NCBI GenBank assembly: GCA_046732795.1
Contig: JBKPNV010000024.1
Location: forward strand, 1-52,910
Length of the DNA: 52,910 nucleotides
Source of the DNA: Acidobacteriota bacterium
GTDB lineage: Bacteria; Acidobacteriota; Vicinamibacteria; Vicinamibacterales; UBA2999
Reading direction: 5' to 3'
Below the pieces are notes generated by a model. That model searched no databases, had not been told where the DNA came from, and was given only the letters and a program-made list of their open reading frames with translations. A program made the position numbers and the translations under genes. This document shows positions 19,150-28,970 of the stretch, in pieces. How positions within the stretch are numbered: the first letter of the stretch is position 1; each line of letters begins with the position of its first letter.

Positions 19150-19209
19150 CGATTCGCGGGATCCGGCACTCGGGACTCGGGCAAGGCGGGCCTAACGACC
19201 CGCCTCTAC
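19150..19209 (-). repeat. Heptamer run (ACTCGGG-like) plus a second GTAG-footed palindrome
   Basis: Minus strand 19209-19184 reads GTAG-AGGCGGGTC-GTTA-GGCCCGCCT; CACTCGGGACTCGGG is adjacent. Confidence 0.55.
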
Positions 19210-19232
19210 ACGCGTAGCAGAATCAGACGACG

Positions 19233-21245
19233 TTATCCGGGCAGGCGGAATGCGACGAGCTCACCGCTGTATGTACCGCCGCTGATCGCGACGACCAGAT
19301 ACTGCTTGCCATTCAGCATGTAGGTCATCGGCGAACCACTCTGCGGCGCAGGCATGTAGACGGCGCCCACTTCCGCGCCACTCTTCTTGTCGTAGGCGCG
19401 CAACATCGACCCGCGCTGCCCTGTCGATGTCATGCCGAATCCGGGTTCGCCGGACACGACCAGCGTCTTCGTGACCAGCGTGCCCACATTGCCCGGCCGA
19501 CCGGTACGCGGGATGTTCAGCCCTTTGAGCGCCGGATTGTTCTTGATCGGATCCGGTGTCTCACCGTGTGCGACCTGCCACAGGATGTCGCCGGTATCCA
19601 TGTTGATCGCGTTGATCTGACCATACGGCGGTTTGACGAGTGGAAGCCCCTGAATCGTCAGCGACGTGACGGCGCCGCCGGCCTCGGCGCTCGCCGATCC
19701 CGAGCCGCCGGACCGTCGCGCACCCGCCAACGCCGTACCCTGATGATAGCGGACGTCGGGTGCGACCCCCGGTGGCGGTGGCACGAGGCCGAGAGTGCCG
19801 ACGACACTCTGCGAATGGACGTAAAGGATGTGCGTCTCCGGATCGTAGGAGCCGCCGGGCCAGTTGGTGGCTGCTGCCTGGCTCGCCATCTGCAGGGTGG
19901 CGATCGGACCTTCGGCGTTGCTCACCGTGGGCGGAGTGAACACGGGCCCGATTCGGTACTTCTCGATCACCTTTACCGCCTCGGCCCGCAGCTCCGGCGT
20001 GAAGTCGATGAGATCGTCAACGGCCAGCCCTTGACGGTTGTACGCCTTCGGCTTGCTCGGAATCGGCTGCGTTTTCGAGTACTTCTCACCAGGAGTGTCG
20101 CCCTGCGGCACGGGGCGCTCTTCGATCGGCCAGATCGGTTGCCCGGTTACGCGATCGAATACATATAGGAACGCCTGCTTGGTCGGCTGCGCCACCGCCT
20201 TGATCGTCCGGCCGTTCACGGTGATGTCCGCGAGGATGGGCGCGCACGGGATGTCCATATCCCAGATGCCGTGGTGCACGAGCTGGAAATGCCACTTCCG
20301 CTGTCCGGTCTTCAGATCGACCGCGACCAGCGTCTCGCCGAAGAGTCCGTTCCCCGGACGCGCGCCACCGTAGTAGTCGTGCGTCGGCATTTCCACCGGC
20401 AGGTATGCCATGCCGAGCTCGGGATCGACCGAGATCTGCGCCCACACACCGGTGTTGCCGGTGTACGCCCACGAGTCCTGTTCCCACGTCTCGGCGCCGA
20501 ACTCACCCGGCTCGGGAATCGTTTTGAACATCCACAGCCGCTTGCCGGTTCGGACGTCGAATGCGCGCACTGCTCCTTTGATGTTGCTCTTGCTCTTTGG
20601 ATTGGCACCGGTCTCGAACGCGGCCCCGACGAGCACGATGTCGCCCGCGACGATGGGGGTCGAATGGAGACCGACGGACCCCGTCGTGAGATCGATGTTC
20701 GCATCGAGATCGGCTTTCAGGTCGACGATGCCGTCGCGAGCGAATCCGGGCACCCGGTTGCCGGTCTTCGCGTCGAGCGCGACGAGCCGATAGCCCGGCG
20801 TCACATACAGAATGCGCTCCTCTTTCCCATCGCTCCAGTACGCGAGTCCGCGGCCCGAGAGTTGTCGCGGCGCCGCCGCGCCGCGGGCGCCCTCGTCTTC
20901 GCTGTGCACCCAGAGCAGCTCGCCGGTGCCGGCGTTGAGCGCGACGACGGCACGGCGGGTTCCGCCCGTCGAGTAGAGCCGGCCACCAACCATGAGCGGC
21001 GTCGATTCGAGATTGAACTCGAGACGTGGGCCAAGGTTGTCGGTCTTGAACCGCCATGCCACTTCGAGCTTGCTGAAGTTGGCCGCAGTGATCTGATCGA
21101 GTGGCGCATAACGGGTGTGCCCGAGGTCGCCGCCGTAGGTCCTCCACTCGCCGTTGAGCGCGCCGGTCTGACCGTGCACGGACGCGGTCGTCATCGCCAC
21201 AACCGCGGCGAGCACGAGCAAACCATTCCGCAGCCTTCGAGACAT
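19233..21245 (-). CDS. Exported PQQ-dependent glucose/quinate-dehydrogenase-family protein
   Basis: W..YGGD....RYAPLDQI...N...L.VAW, ESTPL, RGLAYW, VHHGIWDMD, FDR.TG.P.WP.EERPVP, KPPYG, PMTY...GKQY. No N-terminal TM bundle. Confidence 0.9.
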   Translation of the reverse strand: MSRRLRNGLLVLAAVVAMTTASVHGQTGALNGEWRTYGGDLGHTRYAPLDQITAANFSKLEVAWRFKTDNLGPRLEFNLESTPLMVGGRLYSTGGTRRAVVALNAGTGELLWVHSEDEGARGAAAPRQLSGRGLAYWSDGKEERILYVTPGYRLVALDAKTGNRVPGFARDGIVDLKADLDANIDLTTGSVGLHSTPIVAGDIVLVGAAFETGANPKSKSNIKGAVRAFDVRTGKRLWMFKTIPEPGEFGAETWEQDSWAYTGNTGVWAQISVDPELGMAYLPVEMPTHDYYGGARPGNGLFGETLVAVDLKTGQRKWHFQLVHHGIWDMDIPCAPILADITVNGRTIKAVAQPTKQAFLYVFDRVTGQPIWPIEERPVPQGDTPGEKYSKTQPIPSKPKAYNRQGLAVDDLIDFTPELRAEAVKVIEKYRIGPVFTPPTVSNAEGPIATLQMASQAAATNWPGGSYDPETHILYVHSQSVVGTLGLVPPPPGVAPDVRYHQGTALAGARRSGGSGSASAEAGGAVTSLTIQGLPLVKPPYGQINAINMDTGDILWQVAHGETPDPIKNNPALKGLNIPRTGRPGNVGTLVTKTLVVSGEPGFGMTSTGQRGSMLRAYDKKSGAEVGAVYMPAPQSGSPMTYMLNGKQYLVVAISGGTYSGELVAFRLPG

Positions 21246-21263
21246 GTTGTTGTCCTTGCTTAA

Positions 21264-21314
21264 GACACCGGGTGTGATTTCCGCACCGTTCGACCGGCAA
21301 TCACACCCGATGTC
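21264..21314. repeat. Palindromic repeat family B copy 2
   Basis: GACACCGGGTGTGATTTCC ... GGCAATCACACCCGATGTC. Confidence 0.75.
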
Positions 21315-21316
21315 AT

Positions 21317-21739
21317 TTACGGTTTATAGGTCAAGACCTTGATCGCGGTGAGCGCGCCGGCCTGTCCTTCGAGCGCCGTGCTGCCCGCCGGATATCCTCC
21401 GACACGCAGCATGTGCGCGATGATGTCCGCGTTCTGCGTCCGCGAAAGCGAACCGGGGTTGTCCTGCGGCATCGAGAGTCGAATGCGCTCGAACAACGCG
21501 TTGAGCGTCTCGCCTTCCCAGTTGCCGTAGAAGGCGGGGCCGGTGAGTGCCGGCGCCGACTCGACGCCTCCGAGGCTGTCGCCATGACACATCGAACATT
21601 TTTCGGCGTACAGCTCGGCTCCGCGCTTGGCCTGTTCCTCTGTGTACACGCCGTCCCACACCGTCTTTTGCGCCTGGCCGCTCACGACGACCGTTACGAC
21701 GAACACCGTCGACGCGATGATGAATCCCGACTTCTTCAC
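21317..21739 (-). CDS. Class I cytochrome c, probable acceptor for adjacent PQQ enzymes
   Basis: Signal peptide, TVWDGVYT.EQA.RG, CSMCH, AP.L.G, MP..NPGSL. Start taken at GTG21739. Confidence 0.88.
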   Translation of the reverse strand: MKKSGFIIASTVFVVTVVVSGQAQKTVWDGVYTEEQAKRGAELYAEKCSMCHGDSLGGVESAPALTGPAFYGNWEGETLNALFERIRLSMPQDNPGSLSRTQNADIIAHMLRVGGYPAGSTALEGQAGALTAIKVLTYKP

Positions 21740-21782
21740 GTGGTCCCTATCCTTTGGTCTTTTGAGATCGACGTCCAACTCC

Positions 21783-21822
21783 TGTGCCCCGGGTTCCGAG
21801 CCCCCAGCCGCGGGTCCCGAGC
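21783..21822. repeat. Degenerate CCCGAGC heptamer run
   Basis: 7-nt periodic CCCCGGG-TTCCGAG-CCCCCAG-CCGCGGG-TCCCGAG. Confidence 0.55.
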
Positions 21823-23727
21823 CTACTTCCCGTCCACCGAGAACGCGAGCAATGCGTTCTGGTCGCTCGCGCCCGTCGCCATGACGATGAACTGTTTCCC
21901 CGACTTCGTGCGATACGTCATCGGGTTCGCCGTATTGTTATACGGGATCTTCTCCCGCCAGACCTCCTTGCCGGTCTTGGTGTCGAACGCATAGAAGTAG
22001 CCGTCGCCCCCTCCGATGAAGATGAGGCCGCTCTTCGTCACCATCGCGCCACCGAGGTTGCCGGACGACCCGAGGCGATCGGGCAGCGCAACGCCCTTGA
22101 GCAGCGGGTGATTGCGAACCGCCGCGTTGTCGCCCAGCGGCACTCGCCATGCGATTTCACCGCGATTCAGATCGATTGCCACGAGGACGGCGTAGGGGGG
22201 CGATACCAGCGGCAGACCACCCGGCAAGTTCGCGTTCGAACGGTCGGCGAAGACGTGTGAATAGTCCACCTGGACCAGCGGATCGGAGCCGTTGTTCTTG
22301 CCCACGGCATTCACGCCGATCGCGTTGTTGGCGCGCACGATCAGGTAGCCGGTTTCGGGATCGAAGGCGGCACCGCCCCAGTTTGCGCCGCCGCCCTGAC
22401 TCGGCCGCTGCAGCGTTCCCCTGAGCGATGGCGGCGTGAACATCGGGCCGATGCGGAACTTCTGCATCTGCTCCTGCGCGAGCTTTTTGATCTCCGGCGT
22501 CAGATCGTTCGCATCGTCGAGCGTCACGCCCTGGTCGACGAACGCACGCGGCTTGGTCGGAAATGGCTGCGTGGGATACGGCTTCTCTCCTGGCACATCG
22601 GTGTCCGTCGGCACCGGCCGCTCGACGATCGGCCACACCGGAGTGCCGGTGACGCGATCGAAGACGAAGGTGTCACCGCGCTTGCTGACTTGCGCCACTG
22701 CATCGATCCGCTTGCCGTCGACGGTGATTGTGATGAGCGTGGGCTGCGTCGGGAGGTCCCAGTCCCACAGACCGTGATGCACGGTCTGGAAGTGCCACTT
22801 CATCTTCCCCGTCGCCGCCTCGAGACAGACAAGCGACTCGGCGAACAGGTTCGCACCGGGCCGATTACCACCGTAGTAATCGCTCGTCGGCGTGGACGTC
22901 GGCAAATACAGGAGTCCACGCTGTTCGTCGACCGCTATCGGCGCCCAGACGTTTGCGTGTCCATTCCTCCGCCACGACTCGTTCTCCCATGTCTCCGCGC
23001 CGGGATCCGTCGGCGATTGCGGGATCGTCGAGAACGCCCACACACGCTGTCCCGTGCGCGCGTTGAATGCCTGCACGTAGCCCATCGGATCGGAAAGCTG
23101 CACGCGATCGGGAACCTGGCTGCCGACGATGACGAGGTCGCGATAGATCACCGGTGGCGAGCTCTGGGACACGTGCGTCACGTCGCCAATGCGAGCCAGG
23201 CCGTCTGTCAGTGAAACCGCGCCGTTGTTGCCGAACGATGCGACCGGCTTGCCGGTTGCGGCGTCCAGCTGTACGAGCCGATGGCGGCTGTTGAGGAAGA
23301 TGCGCAGCTGTCCCCCATCCCGCCAGGTGGCGGTGCCGCGCAGCTTCCATCCACTCCCCGAGAGCAACTGACCAAGCTCGTACGCGTGCCCATCGAATCG
23401 CCACTTCTCCTGACCGGTCTCGGCATCGAGCGCGGCGAGGCTGTTGTACGGCGTCGTTACGTAGAGCGTGCCGTCGACCATCAACGGCGTACTTTCGAAC
23501 TGCCCGGGCGTCGTCCCGTACTCTTTCAGCGGCGTCTCCCAATGCTTCCACTGCCAGGCAACGTGCAACCTCGACAGCTTCGCCGCATCGATGTCGGTCA
23601 GCGGTGAGTAGCGGGAGCCCCCCGCATCGTTTGCGTAGTGCGTCCACTCGACCTGGGGAGATTGGGCGCGCACCACCGAGAGCAACCCCACCGCGACGAG
23701 ACCCAGCAACCAGATTCGTCGAGCCAT
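21823..23727 (-). CDS. Exported PQQ-dependent glucose-dehydrogenase-family protein
   Basis: RYSPLTDI, ESTPL, VHHGLWDWD, GGANWGG, PPY, ANPMTY...GKQF. Start ATG23727. Confidence 0.9.
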   Translation of the reverse strand: MARRIWLLGLVAVGLLSVVRAQSPQVEWTHYANDAGGSRYSPLTDIDAAKLSRLHVAWQWKHWETPLKEYGTTPGQFESTPLMVDGTLYVTTPYNSLAALDAETGQEKWRFDGHAYELGQLLSGSGWKLRGTATWRDGGQLRIFLNSRHRLVQLDAATGKPVASFGNNGAVSLTDGLARIGDVTHVSQSSPPVIYRDLVIVGSQVPDRVQLSDPMGYVQAFNARTGQRVWAFSTIPQSPTDPGAETWENESWRRNGHANVWAPIAVDEQRGLLYLPTSTPTSDYYGGNRPGANLFAESLVCLEAATGKMKWHFQTVHHGLWDWDLPTQPTLITITVDGKRIDAVAQVSKRGDTFVFDRVTGTPVWPIVERPVPTDTDVPGEKPYPTQPFPTKPRAFVDQGVTLDDANDLTPEIKKLAQEQMQKFRIGPMFTPPSLRGTLQRPSQGGGANWGGAAFDPETGYLIVRANNAIGVNAVGKNNGSDPLVQVDYSHVFADRSNANLPGGLPLVSPPYAVLVAIDLNRGEIAWRVPLGDNAAVRNHPLLKGVALPDRLGSSGNLGGAMVTKSGLIFIGGGDGYFYAFDTKTGKEVWREKIPYNNTANPMTYRTKSGKQFIVMATGASDQNALLAFSVDGK

Positions 23728-23729
23728 AG

Positions 23730-23890
23730 TCAAACTCCCAACTCCCACCTCCCAAGCCAGCTCATTGATGGAGTCAGGGCGTTGGAGTCGTGGAAGAAGG
23801 GATTCTAGTCCCGATCGAGTCCCGGATCGCGACTCCCGACTCCCGGGCCCGACTTCCGAGTCCCGAGCCCCGAGTCTCGAGCCCCGAGAT
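23730..23890. repeat. Heptamer tandem arrays (ACTCCCA and CCCGAGT types)
   Basis: AACTCCCCAACTCCCACCTCCCAA and about 10 degenerate 7-mers (GAGTCCC/GACTCCC/GAGCCCC) between divergent genes. Confidence 0.7.
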
Positions 23891-23906
23891 CAGTTATACA
23901 TAGCGC

Positions 23907-24743
23907 ATGCAGAGCCAAGGGCCCCAGCCCTGCATCATCACCGTCGCGATCACAGGATCGGTACCGCGGAAGGAGAACAACCCCGCCGTACCGATCACCG
24001 TCAGCGAACAGATCGAGTCGACGCACGCCGCGTTCGAAGCGGGTGCCGCGCTGGTGCACGTCCACGTGCGCAACGACGACCAGTCGACCACGTCGAATCC
24101 TGACAAGTTCGCCGATTTCCAGGAGCGGATCCGCAAGATCTGCCCCGGGATCATCGTGCAGTTCTCGACCGGCGGCCGCTCTGGCGTCGGCTCCGAACGA
24201 GGCGGCATGCTCCACCATCGACCCGACATGGCGTCGCTGTCGACCGGTTCGTGCAACTTCCCGACGCGTGTCTACGAGAACTCACCCGATCTGATCCACG
24301 AGCTGGCCGACAAGATGCTCCGCTACGGCGTGAAACCCGAGATCGAGGTCTTCGATCTGGCAATGCTGTACAACGCCGTCAATTACGCGCGCGAGGGGCT
24401 CATCACGGCGCCACTGCACGTGCAGTTCGTCCTCGGCGTCAAGCACGCGCTGCCTGCGCAGCGCGACATCCTCGATTTCGAGGTCGCCAAACTCACGGAA
24501 CTGATGCCCGCGGCCACGTGGGTCGCTGCTGGCATCGGCCGTCACCAGCTCGAGGTGAATCGCTGGTGCCTCGAGATGGGAGGTCACTGTCGCACGGGGC
24601 TGGAAGACAACGTGCGCTGGGACAAGCATCGGCTTGCAGCATCCAACGCCGAACTGGTCAAGCGTGTGGCCGATCTGTGTGGCGACTACGGCCGCACGGT
24701 TGCGACACCGCAGGTTGCGCGGGAAATTCTGGGGTTGAACTAA
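23907..24743 (+). CDS. Beta-keto acid cleavage enzyme (BKACE/Kce, DUF849) family
   Basis: IITVAITG, NPAVP.T..EQ, VHVHVR, STGG, PDMASL..GS.NF, KPE.E.FD, RTGLED. Confidence 0.92.
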   Translation: MQSQGPQPCIITVAITGSVPRKENNPAVPITVSEQIESTHAAFEAGAALVHVHVRNDDQSTTSNPDKFADFQERIRKICPGIIVQFSTGGRSGVGSERGGMLHHRPDMASLSTGSCNFPTRVYENSPDLIHELADKMLRYGVKPEIEVFDLAMLYNAVNYAREGLITAPLHVQFVLGVKHALPAQRDILDFEVAKLTELMPAATWVAAGIGRHQLEVNRWCLEMGGHCRTGLEDNVRWDKHRLAASNAELVKRVADLCGDYGRTVATPQVAREILGLN

Positions 24744-24898
24744 GGCGTGCCATCGATCGTTCTTTCGCGATGCGCTCTCCTACTGATTTCGCTTCGTCAG
24801 CTTGTAGCCGTTCACGATGAAGCGGCTGCCCGTGGTCTTTCGAATCTCGTTCTCAAGAGAATCAGCATCTCGCTCGGATGTGCGGGACTCCGCGACGA

Positions 24899-25282
24899 CT
24901 ACCGTTGGCGATGCGGTACTCCATGCCGCGGCCGCAACATCACGCTGAGCGCCATGCTGACAAGACTCACGACGAGAGCGCCCCAGAAGGCCGGCCAGAA
25001 CCCGTCGACACGAAATCCGAGCCCGAGGGCACCGCTCGCGGCACTCGTCAACCACAGCATCAGGGCGTTGATGACGAAAATGAACAATCCCAGTGTGACG
25101 ATGATGAGCGGGAATGTCAGGATCTTCGTCGTGAACCCTACAAACGTATTGAGCACGCCAAAGACAAGAGCAACGCCGAAGAATGGAATCCATTCTCCCG
25201 AGTAGGTGACGCCAGGGACGACCCGCGTCGCGACCCACAACGCAGCCGCGTTGATCAGCAGACGAAGAAGAAAGCGGTTCAT
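24899..25282 (-). CDS. 4-TM membrane protein, Phage_holin_4_2/DUF360 (YvlD-like)
   Basis: NAAAL....VVPG, LN, LT.PL..VTLGLF..VINA, GF.V.GFW.A. Confidence 0.85.
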   Translation of the reverse strand: MNRFLLRLLINAAALWVATRVVPGVTYSGEWIPFFGVALVFGVLNTFVGFTTKILTFPLIIVTLGLFIFVINALMLWLTSAASGALGLGFRVDGFWPAFWGALVVSLVSMALSVMLRPRHGVPHRQR

Positions 25283-25356
25283 GAGACTGGACGGAAGCGC
25301 CGATTGCAGCGACGCGGTGATCGCCTGCTACGATCCTTCGTTCATGGGCCTTGGTG

Positions 25357-26349
25357 CTAGCGGCGAGAACCTTCTGCGGCGCGGGCGCCGCTGAGAATAT
25401 GTGGCACCGCGTAGTTGCCTTCGTGGCACGCGAACTCGAGCACCGGCTCGGCGTCGGTCCTTGTCAACGGCATTGAGAACGTCCATGGCCGCGTCCATGT
25501 CGCCGGGTCGTTCACAGTGACGGCCCATTCGACTTTGCCGGCAGACGTCGGCGTAAACCGCTCGACCAGCTTGAGCGTCGCGGCGTTGGCGTTCCGGTAC
25601 GTGCTCCTATCTTTGTAATTCGTCGATTCGATCACGAGCGCATTGCCGTCCCAGCGGCCGCGAGTGTCTCCCATCTCGAAACCGATGGCCTTCGCCACAT
25701 GAGGGCGTCCGTCGAGCGGGATGATGCGGACATCGTGAACCAGTTCGTAGCGAATCGCCACCAGCCCGGGCGCCTGCACGATCTCGTACGAGTTACCGAG
25801 AATGTGCGGCATCATCGCACCCGGTACGCCGCGTGTGATGCAGCGCTCCCACAAATCGAAATCATCGATACTGCGAAAGCTCGACTCAGGATCGAAGCTG
25901 CTCGCCTCGCGCGATCTGGCATTGACGATGCCTTGAATGCCGGTGTCCTGGAACGGGTCCGGCGGCCCCATGCGCTGTTGTGCGGCGGCCGTCATCGGCG
26001 GAATGCGACCGTCCGGCGGATCGACGATCAACCACGCGCGGCTGCCCTTTGTGACCTCGAGCGTGTCGCGAAACTGATACGGACCGACACCCGCCGCCCG
26101 CTCGAGCACCTGTTTGTTTCGCCTGGCGAGCACATCGGCCAGTTCCGAACCCGCGACATCCTCGACCCGACGCCCGGCGAACTGGTCGGGACGCTCGAGC
26201 GGCGTACTCTGCTCGTATTTGTTAGTGTAGGTCCCCTGCAGATCGGGATCGCCCCATGGCGTCCGTGGCGGCGAATAGGGCTTCGGCGTCTGTTGCCCGG
26301 CTACGGCTGCCGACGCGAGAAAGACAGTGACCAGAATCGGCCTGAGCAC
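25357..26349 (-). CDS. WGDPDLQG/CHEGN family paralog 2
   Basis: True start probably GTG26349 (signal peptide follows); PWGDPDLQG, ERC, LEFACHEGNY. The ORF-track extension to 27123 is antisense to the opposite gene. Confidence 0.8.
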   Translation of the reverse strand: MLRPILVTVFLASAAVAGQQTPKPYSPPRTPWGDPDLQGTYTNKYEQSTPLERPDQFAGRRVEDVAGSELADVLARRNKQVLERAAGVGPYQFRDTLEVTKGSRAWLIVDPPDGRIPPMTAAAQQRMGPPDPFQDTGIQGIVNARSREASSFDPESSFRSIDDFDLWERCITRGVPGAMMPHILGNSYEIVQAPGLVAIRYELVHDVRIIPLDGRPHVAKAIGFEMGDTRGRWDGNALVIESTNYKDRSTYRNANAATLKLVERFTPTSAGKVEWAVTVNDPATWTRPWTFSMPLTRTDAEPVLEFACHEGNYAVPHILSGARAAEGSRR

Positions 26350-26435
26350 AGAATTCTTATACGCTCTGGGCTGCCTGGCGGCAACACCGTTGACGCCGAC
26401 CTCTGGGAGGCGCATGATCACCCCCGTCGCAGACG

Positions 26436-26459
26436 GGTCCGGCTGAAGCCGGACGCTGC
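26436..26459 (-). repeat. GTAG-type REP (family F), best-preserved palindrome
   Basis: GGTCCGGCTGAAGCCGGACGCTGC; stem GTCCGGCT / AGCCGGAC. Confidence 0.7.
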
Positions 26460-26479
26460 GTACAAAGGAGCACGTCACG

Positions 26480-27405
26480 ATGGTCCGGACCCGTCCCACC
26501 TGGACTCGGCGGTTCCTGATTTTCTCGGCGGTGCTACTCGGCACGCTGCTCGGCATCGCGGCAGCAGCCAACGCCGACCAAACGAACACGCCCACCGCTG
26601 TCACCTTCACCAAGGACGTCGCGCCAATCCTGCAGACAAATGTCAGGCGTGCCATCGTCCCGGTTACATCGCTCCGATGGCGCTGATGACATTTGCCGAG
26701 ACCCGCCCGTGGGCCCGCGCGATCAAAGCGCGCGTTGTCGCCCGACCGATGCCGCCCTGGCACATGGATCGAACCGTCGGCATCCAGCATTTCGAAAATG
26801 ATCGATCGCTCAGTGACCAGCAGATCGACACAATCGCGCGATGGGTCGACGCGGACGCGCCCGAGGGCGACCCGCGCGACATGCCGCCGCCCAGGAAGTT
26901 TCCCAACGAGGACGTGTGGGGATTTGCGGATCGGTTTGGTCCACCCGATCTCATCGTGCGTTCGACTCCGTTCACCGTGCCCGCGGTCGCGCAGGACGCG
27001 TGGCACAAGCCGGTCGTTGACACCGGTCTGACGGAGCCGCGTTGGGTTCGCGCCATCGAGATCAGGCCCGGGACCGTGAAGGGCCGCCGCGTCACGCACC
27101 ACGCCGTCGCGAGGCTGATCCATGACGAACCAGGATCGCGCGAGCCACGAGCCAATTCAGCACCCGGTCCGGACTCCGGCGACGTCGGCCCGGGACTGTT
27201 CATGGAATGGGCCGTCGGGAAGCAGGGTGAGCTCGCGCTACCGAACAGCGGCAAGCTGATGCTGCCCGGATCGAAGATCCTGTGGGACATTCACTACTCC
27301 GCCGTGGGCGAAGAGATCACTGACTTCGTCGAGCTCGGCATCTACTTTTATCCGAAAGGACAGGAGCCCAAGTACCGCCAGGTCCTCGCCTCGTTCAGCG
27401 GATGA
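26480..27405 (+). pseudogene. Frameshifted, C-terminally truncated paralog of the heme c/copper monooxygenase
   Basis: AAGGAG RBS + signal peptide + TFTKDVAPILQ, then a frame change near 26636-26640 into CQACHRPG...MPPW...THH...IHY. Stops before the HxH/M domain. Confidence 0.8.
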
Positions 27406-27479
27406 CTACGGTGCTGGTCAAAGTCACTGTGGCACCGTAGGCCAAGGGGCAAAGGGCAAACTTAAGTCAACGGTGCTAG

Positions 27480-28970
27480 GTGCCAGGTGCTTTGACGTAC
27501 GCGCCTCTTCTCTGCGCGCTGGCCCTCGCGGCGCTGAGCGCCCTCGATTCGGCGCAGGACAATGCGGCGCTCTGGTGGTCATTCATCGGAGCCGCCGCGG
27601 CACTCGCTATCGGGAACGCTGCGCTCTGGGTGTCGGCTCGACGGAGACGACGCACGCTATCGTTCACGGTCGCGTTGCGCACACAGCATTACCTGCAGGC
27701 CTGCGCCCAGGGCTCGGTGCTGCTCTATTGGGGCTTCTACTGGCGCCCGGTCTTCGATTCAGTTCACCTCATTGCCGCGCAGATCTTGTTTGCCTATGGG
27801 GTGGACATGCTCCTCGTCTGGTCACGGCGGGATAGCTACACATTGGGGTTCGGGCCGTTCCCCGTCATCTTCAGCCTCAACCTGTTCCTCTGGTTCAAGC
27901 CGGACTGGTTCTACTTTCAGTTCCTGATGGTGGCTCTCGGCTTCGCCGCCAAGGAGTTGATCACCTGGGAACGGGACGGCCGCCGCACGCACATCTTCAA
28001 TCCGTCATCGTTTCCGCTGGCGGTCTTCTCGCTGGCGATGATTCTGACTGGGACGAGCAACCTGACGTGGGGCCAGGAGATCGCGAGCACGCAGTTCTAC
28101 CCTCCGCACATGTATCTGATGCTGTTCGTCATCGGACTGCCGGGACAATTCTTCTTCGGCGTGACATCGATGACCATGTCCGCTGTGGTCACGACGTACC
28201 TGTTCGGCCTCGCGTACTACGCCACGACCGGCATCTACTTCTTCTACGATTCGTACATCCCGATCGCCGTGTTCCTCGGGATGCATCTTCTCTTCACGGA
28301 TCCCTCCACGTCGCCACGCACGGAGCTGGGGCGCATCATCTTCGGTGTCCTGTACGGACTGAGCACAGTGGCGCTGTACCAGGTGCTCGGATCGGCGGGC
28401 ATGCCGACCTTCTTCGACAAGCTTCTGCAGGTTCCGCTCTTGAACCTGTCGGTCAGGTGGCTCGATCGCCTCGTACGCTCAGGGTGGCTGAGTGCGATCG
28501 ATCCCGCTGCGGTCGGCAAAGCGCTGGTGTCTTATCGGCGGCATCTCGCATACATGTTGGTGTGGACGGGAATCTTCATTTCCATGAGCGCGGTCCACGG
28601 CGTCGGAGACGATCATCCGGGACAGTGGCTGCCGTTCTGGCGCCAGGCCTGCGAATCGGGCCGTCCGTACGCGTGCCGCTACCTTCGGGACGTGCAAGCC
28701 GGCTTTTGCGATCGTGGCTCGAGCTGGTCGTGCCACGAGCTCCGCATCCTCGACGCGCAGGCGGAATACAGGCGAACGATGAGCGCCGCGCCAGCGCTCG
28801 ACGACTACCCCATCATCCTGCGCGGCAGCAAGGGGCCGATTACCGAGCGAACGCCGGCGGCGCTGACCGCCCTCGCCTGCCGTCAAGGCTGGGCGGAGGC
28901 GTGCACGGCTACTTCTTCTGATCCCCCGGCGTCAGCTCGTATGGCGCCCCCGTCCCCGAGGAGCCCATGA
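27480..28970 (+). CDS. Stand-alone RnfD/NqrB-like (UnbU-like) membrane protein with a six-Cys C-terminal domain
   Basis: Many TMs, AK......R.HIFNPS, TDP.TSP....GR..FG; C-terminal AC..G...AC repeats. Confidence 0.65.
   Translation: MPGALTYAPLLCALALAALSALDSAQDNAALWWSFIGAAAALAIGNAALWVSARRRRRTLSFTVALRTQHYLQACAQGSVLLYWGFYWRPVFDSVHLIAAQILFAYGVDMLLVWSRRDSYTLGFGPFPVIFSLNLFLWFKPDWFYFQFLMVALGFAAKELITWERDGRRTHIFNPSSFPLAVFSLAMILTGTSNLTWGQEIASTQFYPPHMYLMLFVIGLPGQFFFGVTSMTMSAVVTTYLFGLAYYATTGIYFFYDSYIPIAVFLGMHLLFTDPSTSPRTELGRIIFGVLYGLSTVALYQVLGSAGMPTFFDKLLQVPLLNLSVRWLDRLVRSGWLSAIDPAAVGKALVSYRRHLAYMLVWTGIFISMSAVHGVGDDHPGQWLPFWRQACESGRPYACRYLRDVQAGFCDRGSSWSCHELRILDAQAEYRRTMSAAPALDDYPIILRGSKGPITERTPAALTALACRQGWAEACTATSSDPPASARMAPPSPRSP

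Noticed and set aside
23730-23890. CRISPR-like periodicity in the repeat arrays
   Set aside because: Units are 7-9 nt without unique spacers, and there are no cas genes.
24780-24890. Protein-like tail on the minus strand (ERDADSLENEIRKTTGSRFIVNGYKLTKRNQ)
   Set aside because: No start or RBS; possibly a remnant, but unsupported without a search.
24899-25282. Holin annotation suggesting a prophage
   Set aside because: This 4-TM family is widespread in chromosomes, and no phage genes are nearby.
26630-26645. Programmed frameshift
   Set aside because: No canonical slippery heptamer, and the gene is also truncated, so decay or error is simpler.
27403-27405. TGA as selenocysteine or readthrough in the monooxygenase paralog
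   Set aside because: The in-frame downstream sequence shows no HxH/M domain and stops again within about 20 codons.
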